A DNA stretch of 63,580 bases, the filler included, from a bacterium (GTDB lineage Bacteria; UBA9089; CG2-30-40-21; SBAY01), in assembly GCA_040757115.1 (NCBI GenBank). It is 15 parts of 15 records of this genome, joined end to end, with 100 filler letters (N's around TTAATTAATTAA, not from the genome) between each part and the next. Parts side by side here need not be neighbours in the genome. Positions count along the whole stretch, not along the records: positions 35,737 to 58,780 come from JBFLYA010000045.1; positions 58,881 to 60,054 come from JBFLYA010000450.1; positions 60,155 to 61,241 come from JBFLYA010000451.1; positions 61,342 to 62,414 come from JBFLYA010000452.1; positions 62,515 to 63,580 come from JBFLYA010000453.1; 10 more parts are not named here. One strand, written 5' to 3'. The notes beneath the pieces are model-generated. The model did not search any database and was not told where the DNA came from. It was given only the letters and a program-made list of their open reading frames with translations. The position numbers and the translations under genes were made by a program. The stretch's first letter is position 1. Each line of letters starts with the position of its first letter. Shown piece by piece: positions 55,381 through 63,580 of this stretch.

Positions 55381-55622
55381 GTAACCGTTCAGGGATATAG
55401 CCACAGAGTCACAGAGAACACAGAGGGAATATATAACTACGAATGAACACGAATAATAAAAAGATTTGTAGTGCGAGGCTTTAGCCTCGCTTCTGGCAAA
55501 CAGGAAAGCGAACCTAAATGTTCGCACTACATTTATCGAATGTCACAGGTTAATTCGTGTCCATTTGTGGCTAATTTCTCTAATTCTCTGTGAACTCTGT
55601 GCCTCTGTGGCTAAACGGTTAC
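55381..55622. mobile_element. 242-bp MITE with an internal REP doublet
   Basis: TIR GTAACCGTT; target duplication GATTTTAG. Confidence 0.9.
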
Positions 55623-55699
55623 GATTTTAGATTGCTGATTTTTGATTGAAAAATAAATCCAAAATCCGTAATCGAAAATCCAAAATTTATTTGATACCC

Positions 55700-56920
55700 C
55701 TACAGATATACAATATCCCCTTCATAAAACATCGATAAAAACAACAAGAGATAATCCTGGATATGTCTTGTAATCAAGAAATTATTTTTGATATGTTCTC
55801 GACCATTTTCGCCCAGTTTTTTTGCGTATTCAGGTTCATTAATAAGTCGTTTTATCCAATAAACAGTTCCTTCGATAGAGCGGGTTAAAACACCAGAATA
55901 TTTATGAGTGATTTGAAGGGGTATGCCGCCAACTGCACCAGCGATAACCGGTTTTGCCTTCCAGAGTGCCTCTGCCACAGTTAAACCAAATCCTTCTTTC
56001 AACGATTTTTGTAAAACTACGCTCGAGGCTCGTTGTAAGGCATTTATTTCAATATCGCTTGCTGGTGGAAGGAATAAAACAAAAATATCCCTATCCTTTT
56101 CTGCCTCATTTCTAACTTTGTTCAAAACCTCCATCCCTTCAGGGTCATCTGTTGCTCCGCCGCCGGCTAAAATCAGTTGACAATCAACATACTTCTTTAC
56201 CTCAAAATATGCCTCAATTACACCTAAAGGGTCTTTCAAATAATCAAATCTGGAGATTTGAGTAATAATCGGACGATTTTTATCAATCCCGTATCTTTCT
56301 AAAATAGAATCTATTACATCTTCCGGTATCTCTTTATTTTTATCACTTAACGGGTCAATTGACGGAGAAATAAGAACCTGCGGTATGCTAAGTTCCCTGG
56401 AAAAGGCTGGTGCTGAAAAGACAGCTGTATCATACTGGTTAATATATTGTTTTAAAAACTCCCAGATGTCTTTTTGTGGAGTTGAGAAATCTATATGGCA
56501 ACGCCAGAGCCATTTTTTATCAAGATTCTTCTTTTCCTCAACTAAGGCAATTGGTTGAGAATCATGAACAAAAATAATATCACCAATAAGATTTAACTCC
56601 TGGGCATTGTTACGATTTATTTCGATAAAATATTCTAACTCTTCATCTGGAAACTCGGTTTTTACCCCATGTAAGGCATTATGAATCTTTTTGGTTATCA
56701 CAAAAAACCTTTCATTCCCTTTAATAACATCCCATCTAAAATCTATTCCTAACTGTTGAATTAAAGGTAACATCCTGGTCAGGATTTCAGCCACACCACC
56801 GCCAACCGCGGTTGAGTTTATATTCTGGATAACCTTTCCTTTGAGACAGTTAGCTAAAAAGTACAGGTCATCTATTACCTCTTGACCAACAATCTTTGTA
56901 TAATCATTAATATTTTGCAT
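55700..56920 (-). CDS. treT: Trehalose synthase TreT-like GT4 glycosyltransferase
   Basis: NSTAVGGGVAEIL, WRCHID, SRFD..KDPLGVI, EGFGLTVAEALWK. Confidence 0.85.
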   Translation of the reverse strand: MQNINDYTKIVGQEVIDDLYFLANCLKGKVIQNINSTAVGGGVAEILTRMLPLIQQLGIDFRWDVIKGNERFFVITKKIHNALHGVKTEFPDEELEYFIEINRNNAQELNLIGDIIFVHDSQPIALVEEKKNLDKKWLWRCHIDFSTPQKDIWEFLKQYINQYDTAVFSAPAFSRELSIPQVLISPSIDPLSDKNKEIPEDVIDSILERYGIDKNRPIITQISRFDYLKDPLGVIEAYFEVKKYVDCQLILAGGGATDDPEGMEVLNKVRNEAEKDRDIFVLFLPPASDIEINALQRASSVVLQKSLKEGFGLTVAEALWKAKPVIAGAVGGIPLQITHKYSGVLTRSIEGTVYWIKRLINEPEYAKKLGENGREHIKNNFLITRHIQDYLLLFLSMFYEGDIVYL

Positions 56921-57548
56921 ATTTTTCCACCAGCGAGATAATTTTTCCCCTTAAACTTTCGAGGGTATAAGCATAAGGATCTAAATTTGCCATTTTGTTA
57001 GCCAGTTGAGCATAACCAGCATCCCTGAACCATAAAGAGAAATCGTTATCTTCCTTTTTCAGTCTTAACCTTGCCTCAAAGATATGGAAATACAAGGAAT
57101 CAGCACTTATTTTTTTGACTATATCCTTAAATTCGCTGAGATTGTTTGCCACATAAGGAGTTTTTAAGATAAAACTTTTTGAAGATACAAAATAAAACGC
57201 CTCATCTTCAGGACACTGGACATTCCGAGCGTCTTTTAAAAGGTGTTGTTCGATTATTTCCACAAATTTTTTCCTTATCTCTTCAATCCAATGAAACTGG
57301 ATGATATTAATACTGAACAATTTTTCACCCAGTAGTTTCTCATTCAAGACATTATTAACCCAGTAGGCAAAATCGTTTGGAGGTTCTGGAACAAGATATT
57401 GATATTGTTGTAAAAACCTGTGAGTATGATGATAGATTGATGAGCCGGGAACTGTTTTTATCCCGGCTAATAATTCTTTTAAATCCCTTGCTTTTTTACC
57501 TAAGAGTATGGTTTGATTAAATCTGGTATAAAATAAAAATGGTTCCAT
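56907..57548 (-). CDS. DUF5752-like protein (TreT-associated)
   Basis: Duplicated SIY.H..(R)..NDF..W modules; start MEPF at 57548. Confidence 0.75.
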   Translation of the reverse strand: MEPFLFYTRFNQTILLGKKARDLKELLAGIKTVPGSSIYHHTHRFLQQYQYLVPEPPNDFAYWVNNVLNEKLLGEKLFSINIIQFHWIEEIRKKFVEIIEQHLLKDARNVQCPEDEAFYFVSSKSFILKTPYVANNLSEFKDIVKKISADSLYFHIFEARLRLKKEDNDFSLWFRDAGYAQLANKMANLDPYAYTLESLRGKIISLVEKYAKY

Positions 57549-57597
57549 AATAAATATTATATTCAGCATCCTATCAGATGTCAACTTTTATTTTCTT

Positions 57598-58021
57598 GTA
57601 ACTATAGCAGTTATTAGTCAAAACTTTACTCAGAGTGGATAAGTAAAAAAATCCCAAATCCCAAACACCAAATCTCAAATAAACACCAAATTTCAAATCC
57701 TAAATACAAACTATGGGGGTAATGTTTTGAATTTTGGTTATTTGAATTTATTTGGAATTTGGAATTTGTGATTTGGAATTTCATAGCCATATCTATGTCA
57801 AATTTCGATTAATAAGTGTTATATTCAGCCACAGATGGACACGGATGAAACACTGAAAATTCGTAAATCGTGTCCGTAATTAGGCTGATGGCTGAAAATT
57901 TAGGTATAGTGCCTCGTGTCTCCTCTCCTTCTCCGTTTCTCCCTTTCTCCGTTTCTCATCTGTCTTCTGACCTCTGTATTTATCCGTGCTAATCCATATT
58001 AATCAGTGGCTGAATAGTTAC
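57598..58021. mobile_element. GTAACTATTCAG MITE (8-bp duplication ATTTTCTT) whose left end is split by a TA-targeting element (57605-57821)
   Basis: Removing 57605-57823 restores GTAACTATTCAGCCAC; the inner element start recurs at 25794. Confidence 0.85.
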
Positions 58022-58056
58022 ATTTTCTTCCAGTTCTGAAGAGTAAAAAATCTTCG

Positions 58057-58298
58057 GTAACCGTTTAGCCACAGAGGCACAGAGTTCACAGAGAATTAGA
58101 GAAATTAGCCACAAATGGACACGAATTAACCTGTGACATTCGATAAATGTAGTGCGAACCTTTAGGTTCGCTTTCCTGCTTGTCAGAAGCGAGGCTAAAG
58201 TCTCGCACTACAAATCTTTTTATTATTCGTGTTCATTCGTGGTTATATATTCCCTCTGTGTTCTCTGTGACTCTGTGGCTATATCCTTGAACGGTTAC
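58057..58298. mobile_element. 242-bp MITE with an internal REP doublet (inverted copy)
   Basis: Reverse complement of 55381-55622 with few differences; target duplication AATCTTCG. Confidence 0.9.
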
Positions 58299-58956
58299 AA
58301 TCTTCGCACAAAAACTCCTTGAAATAATCCAATTTTTTATCCCCCAAAAATTTTTTTTAAAAAAAATATTTATATTTTTACACTTTTTAAGGATATTTTC
58401 CACGCACCAAATTTTGTTTATTATTTGAGAACTTGTATGCAGGGAAACCCGTATTTGATTTATAAGGGAGAAGGGGAAAAACAGGGAAAAATGGGAAAAG
58501 AAAAAATGGAATCACTTTTACCCTTTTCCCCAGTTTTCCATTTTCCCTTTATTACACACTGTTCACTTACAAAATCTTAATTTATGCCGTTGTTGAGTAT
58601 AATTCTGATGTCAACATTTTTCAAAAAATAATTATTGACATTTGTTTAACCTAAAATCGGCAAGTAGCTGAGTAAAAAGGGGAGAGGGGGGTGAAAAAGA
58701 AGGTTATTTTGACAAATTTGGAAGGGAATTAAGGAGAAGATGAAGGGAATTAGATAACGGATAGAAAAGAGATGGGATTANNNNNNNNNNNNNNNNNNNN
58801 NNNNNNNNNNNNNNNNNNNNNNNNTTAATTAATTAANNNNNNNNNNNNNNNNNNNNNNNNNNNNNNNNNNNNNNNNNNNNTTTTTTCTTTACATTTATCT
58901 ACAAAATATGGTATAATAAATTCCGAACTTTGGAACTTAACGGATGGAGGTGAATT

Positions 58957-59721
58957 ATGTGCAGAATTATAGCCATTGCTAATCAAAAAGGTGGTTGTGG
59001 AAAAACGACCACAGCCGTAAATCTGGCGACGGCGTTAGCTAATCTTAACCGGAAGGTATTACTTATTGACTTTGACCCGCAGGGAAACGCATCACTTCAC
59101 ATGGGAATTAAAATTTATGACTTACAAAAATCAATGTATGATGTTTTAGTTGACCCGGAGAAAACAGTAAAAGATGTCGTTATGCCTACGGAAATTAAAG
59201 GATTGGATATAGCTCCGGCAAATATTGAACTATCCGGGGCAGAGATAGAATTGGTCAATGTTATTGGTCGTGAATCGGCACTTAAAGATAGTATGGATAA
59301 CATAGATAAAGACTATGATTATATCCTTCTCGATTGTCCACCTTCTTTGGGACTTTTAACCTTAAATGCCTTTACGACCGCTCAAGAAGTGCTCATCCCG
59401 GTTCAAACAGAATATTTTGCATTAGAGGGAATGAAAAAGTTATTAAAAACAATTGATGTCGTGACTAAAAGACTAAATCATACCTTAAAAATATGTGGTG
59501 TCCTTGCCACGCTGTATGATTCTCGAACAAATCTAAGTGAGGCTATTTATAAAAAAATCAAAGAACATTTTAAAGATATGGTGTTTAATACAAAAATCCG
59601 TAAGAATGTCCGATTAGCCGAGGCGCCATCTTTTGGTCTCCCGATTGAAAAATATGCTCCTAATTCCTTTGGAGCACAAGATTATCATAAATTAGCAAAA
59701 GAGGTGATTAGTTATGAGTAA
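58957..59721 (+). CDS. parA: ParA/Soj ATPase
   Basis: NQKGGCGKTTT, DFDPQGN, DCPPSLG, LAEAPS.G. Confidence 0.93.
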   Translation: MCRIIAIANQKGGCGKTTTAVNLATALANLNRKVLLIDFDPQGNASLHMGIKIYDLQKSMYDVLVDPEKTVKDVVMPTEIKGLDIAPANIELSGAEIELVNVIGRESALKDSMDNIDKDYDYILLDCPPSLGLLTLNAFTTAQEVLIPVQTEYFALEGMKKLLKTIDVVTKRLNHTLKICGVLATLYDSRTNLSEAIYKKIKEHFKDMVFNTKIRKNVRLAEAPSFGLPIEKYAPNSFGAQDYHKLAKEVISYE

Positions 59722-60054
59722 AAGAGCTGTTTTAGGTAAAGGAGCAGAATCTATATTTGAAATTACAACATTTGAAAAGAAAGAACCACATCTTAAATCT
59801 GTTAGATTGCCTAAATTTAAAACCTTTGAAGTAAAATTGTCTATCTTGCTTCGAACAGACCAATTAGAATTTCTGACAGAATTAGAGCGAAAAATAATGA
59901 GAAATCGCTCCACACAGAATAAAAAAGAAAGAATAACTAAAAACTCAATTCTCAGAGCTTATATTGATGTTTTAAGCAGTGTCGAGATAGATAAGTCAGA
60001 AATACGAGATGAGGCAGAATTGTTACGCAGGTTAAAAAGCAAATTGCAAGTGGT
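59714..60054 (+). CDS. Small ParA partner protein (runs into the gap)
   Basis: Overlaps the parA stop; N-terminal KRAVLGKG peptide. Confidence 0.7.
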
Positions 60055-60283
60055 NNNNNNNNNNNNNNNNNNNNNNNNNNNNNNNNNNNNNNNNNNNNTT
60101 AATTAATTAANNNNNNNNNNNNNNNNNNNNNNNNNNNNNNNNNNNNNNNNNNNNCCACAATCAATTTCTACCTATTTCTATAAATTTCAATCTATTTCTA
60201 TTATCTTATCTCCATATCACTCTTATCTCCTTATCCCCTTTCTTACACTTTTGATATATAGCCTGAACGGTTACAATTTTTTT

Positions 60284-60763
60284 TTAAAAGAGCTCTTGTT
60301 CTTCATCCTCTGCCTCAGGATGACGAGGACGAGGTTTTAAACTACTTAACTTTAAATAATGTAGAAGGTTGTATATCCCTGAAAGAGAATAGAAACTATT
60401 AAATTCTTCCTTTAAAATCACACCTATTTGTTGACCACTCCAGGTAATTACTCCATCTTTATCTGGGATAGGTCCACGGATGATCCTTTCTCTAAAACCT
60501 TCTATATCCTTTAGCTTCATTGGCGCACCACTGCGAGGTTTATCCTGTAATCCATTAATACCCTCCCTATTGTATCTTTCTATCCAATCAGGGATAGATC
60601 TAACACTCACTCCTAATGCTTCAGCAACATATCTCTGTGGTTTCCCCTGAGCAAGCAAAACTATTGCTTGAATCTTTATTCGAACTCGTCCATCTCTCAT
60701 TTTTTTTGCTATCTTGGCTAATTCTTCAACTGAAACATCACTTCGCACTCTTTGCCATCCCAT
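60284..60763 (-). mobile_element. IS630-family transposase, N-terminal ORF only
   Basis: HTH, W..RYN..G..GL.D.PRSGAP, L..L.LS..KPRPRH; ends at a T4A9 slippery run. Confidence 0.85.
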
Positions 60764-60835
60764 ATAGTTCACCTCCTTAGAACTATATATCGGCAAAAAG
60801 ATGCAAAAACTTTATAGAATTGATATTATTTGTCG

Positions 60836-61114
60836 TCATCCAGAGATAGCAAAGGAGCAAAGAGAAGAGCGTCAAGAGGATATGGCTGAGATAGAGAAGG
60901 AATTGGAGGAATTAAAGGGAGAGGTAGACAAACAGAAAAGACCTTCTTTAAAGAAGATAGTTAAGAGGGTTGAAGATATTTTATCTTTTCGACATGGTTA
61001 TGGTTTGTATAAGTATAAATTAGATGAGAAGAATAAAAGTTTTGAATATTTCAGGAAAGAAGAAGGGATAAGATTAGAGAATGAATTGGATGGGGTGTAT
61101 ATTTTACGGACTTA
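60836..61114 (+). pseudogene. IS1634-like transposase internal fragment
   Basis: IICRHP..A..QR, E..LDGVYILRT; bounded by other IS ends. Confidence 0.65.
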
Positions 61115-61215
61115 TGTCAATGGCAATTGAAAACTGAGCCATTTTTGGCAATTGAAAATTGACCCAGGGGGCTCCAATAATCCATCAAATTTGGCAATGA
61201 AAATTGACCCACCCC
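61115..61215. mobile_element. IS21-like terminal region
   Basis: TGTCAA start with three GGCAAT(T)GAAAA.TGA.CCA internal repeats. Confidence 0.65.
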
Positions 61216-61341
61216 CAAACGCATTTGTGTTACGAAATTTCNNNNNNNNNNNNNNNNNNNNNNNNNNNNNNNNNNNNNNNNNNNNTTAATTAATTAANNN
61301 NNNNNNNNNNNNNNNNNNNNNNNNNNNNNNNNNNNNNNNNN

Positions 61342-62414
61342 CCTGATTTCCTTTCCATTGTTTTCGCTATGCATTCATCAAGTGTAACATATCCTGTTTT
61401 TACTGAAAAGAGTTTATCAAATGCCTCATTTAATCGTTTTTTCTCTTTCTCATCTGGATTGGATTTATATGCCGTAAGTTCTTTGTAGTAATCCCATATC
61501 TTGTGTCTGAATCCTTCCACCAAATCCTTATGTGCCTTAAACACTGGTATCAGCTTTGCATAATGTCGATCTTCATGTACCCAGCATAATGCATTAAGTT
61601 CTGTTATACCCCCAAATTGTTTGGCAGCATCACTAAAGGAGTATCTTTATCTTTTCACTTAAGTTCTGCTCCTGATACCATGCCACTGCTGATGCTTCGA
61701 GGATAATATCTCTATATCGAGTTTTTATCTTTCTATATACCTGCTCAAGTTTATTTATAAATTCTTTCTTGCTCATACCAGATGACCATACTGCTCCAGC
61801 AATTGCTCTTCTGATATGCTCTGGCACATTCTTTTGCTTAAGGTATTTCATGGTTGCCTCATTTATGGTGTAGTGTAACTCTTTGGCCTGACTTAATATC
61901 CCTAATACTGTCAGTCTACTTTTTTGCGGATTGATAAAGAATGCACTGTAGTACTCATTGCATAATACTGAAAAATACTGACTGGTTCCCATCACTCGTG
62001 CTCCAGTATCATCTATGTGTTGGTAACTGGTGCTGGATATTCCTGCCTCAATTATCTTACTTTTTCCCTGGTGAAATTTATCCTTGTCCTTAATCAGGAT
62101 ATTCGATATATGTCCGGCTGATATCTTTATCCCAATATCCTTTAACTTCTGCTCAGTCTTATCCTCTGTTATCCGATAATCATAATACCATGTTAATATC
62201 CATGACTTTAAACTCGGGTCATATCCATCACTTAAATGTTCTGGAAGATTCGCCTCATAAAGATTACCTGTTGATTTTGAATAGAAACGCTCTAATCTAT
62301 ATTCGGTATTGTAAGGCTCTATTTTAATCCCCTGGATTACTACTGAACGATATCCTTTATGCCGTGCATCATCAGGCAAATCTCCTTTATACCTTACTAC
62401 TTGCTGGTTATGAA
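61342..62414 (-). pseudogene. IS66-like transposase, frameshifted fragment
   Basis: HIDDTGAR; after a frame change near 61635 it continues SDAAKQF..LCWVHE.RHY.KL. Confidence 0.75.
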
Positions 62415-62514
62415 NNNNNNNNNNNNNNNNNNNNNNNNNNNNNNNNNNNNNNNNNNNNTTAATTAATTAANNNNNNNNNNNNNNNNNNNNNNNNNNNNNN
62501 NNNNNNNNNNNNNN

Positions 62515-63580
62515 TATAGTTTCTAATAAATTTCTTGACATAATTTAATATTTATGCTATACTATTGTCTGGAGGTGACAATAGTATGGCTGATATACCA
62601 AGTCGTTATGTTCGTAAATTGACAGTAAAAGAAAAACAGGAAATAGACCGTTTATGTCGCAAAGGAGCATCAGGAATTTCGTTAAGAGCATTTATTATTC
62701 GATTGTCTTCACAGAAAGTACCAATCCCAGAAATATGCAGATTGACAGGGCTTTCTCGTCAAACTGTCTACTTCTGGTTAAATCGTTTCGACGATTTTGG
62801 GGTTTCTGGTTTGGAAGACGAACCTCGTTCTGGCCGTCCTATAAAGTTCAACCATGCAACTTGCAAAAGAATCGTGCGAATTGCTACTTCCAAGCCAAAA
62901 GATATAGGACTGCATTTCACAAATTGGACTTTACCAAAATTGAAAAATTATCTTATCAAATCAAAAACAGTTCCTTATATCTGCATAGAAAGTTTACGCA
63001 CTTGTTTACGTAAAGGTGGTCTAACTCTGAAAACTGCTCAGAAGTGGATGATATCAAGAGATCCGCAGTTCAATATAAAAAAAACGAATTGAGCGCCTTT
63101 TGGATTACCGTCCTCCAAAATCTCGTGTCATTTGTTTTGATGAAAAAGGAACTATTGTTATCAAAGCATATCCTGGCAGAAGTTGGAGTAAAAAAACCCC
63201 TAAAATCCCTGCGAAACAATCTATTAAAGGTAAAACGGAACTTCTTGGTGCCTATGACTTCCACAATGGGAAACTTTGGGTTCGTTTCTTTAAGAAAAAA
63301 ACCGCTAAGGAAATTATATTGGTACTTGAGTTCTTGCGTAAACGATATAAAGGATATCGTCTCTATATTATCCTCGATTGCTGGAGAGCACATTGTTCTA
63401 AATTACTCAAAGAATATGTCAATCATCAATCCATTACTCTGGTGGAGCTACCTACTAATGCTTCTTGGCTTAATCCCATTGAGCGAATATTCTCTGAAAT
63501 CCAAAATCAAGTGCTGGCAAATTCAAACTTTCAATCTGTATCCGAAACAAAACAATCTATCAGAAAATATGTTAGAAAAG
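62515..63580 (+). mobile_element. IS630-family element; transposase (ATG 62586) split at an A8 slippery site
   Basis: TATAG left end; TTGACA-17-TATACT promoter; HTH ORF A; A-run 63077-63084; the -1 frame has FDEKG, ILDCW.AH and SWLNPIE. Confidence 0.88.

Noticed and set aside
55348-55527. N-terminal extension of the otsA ORF and similar small ORFs (35912-36324, 27930-28408, 50304-50516, 20853-21065)
   Set aside because: They are translations of MITE and repeat DNA.
23072-62514. Recurrent TTAATTAATTAA motif and cross-gap gene neighbourhoods
   Set aside because: Artificial six-frame-stop linkers. The short contigs run in decreasing length order, so adjacency is not biological.
1-63580. tRNA, rRNA, riboswitch or cas genes
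   Set aside because: None recognised by eye; a covariance-model scan would be needed to exclude them.

Overview
Low-GC bacterial draft-assembly sequence made of 15 contig pieces joined by artificial 100-bp linkers (N44-TTAATTAATTAA-N44), so neighbours across gaps are not genomic neighbours. Contig 1 (1-23071) is a ~11.6-kb tandem amplification. Each unit holds a giant secreted C25 (gingipain-family) protease/adhesin with a T9SS-like/FlgD-Ig C-terminal domain (CTD), a small secreted protein, a PorV-like barrel, a headless CTD fragment and a divergent coiled-coil PD-(D/E)XK gene. The short contigs carry fragments: type III restriction Res, metV, cheW x2, an archaeal-type SepCysS, a GxxExxY gene, a histidine kinase, thiE, parA and IS debris. 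The long contig at 35737-58780 has coaX, mnmG, radC, a type I restriction-modification locus with an AlbA_2 gene and a membrane protein + TIR + TIR module between hsdM and hsdS, pseudopilins and trehalose genes. The most unusual signal is non-coding: several families of nested miniature elements, some with clean 8-bp target duplications, whose interiors are inverted 7-9-mer arrays, REP doublets and intact or eroded GxxExxY genes. The same repeat motifs also sit in-frame inside the giant proteins. A promoter-led 27/28-nt non-coding array at 32671-32874 is unexplained. All calls come from reading the sequence and the ORF track; no database searches were run.
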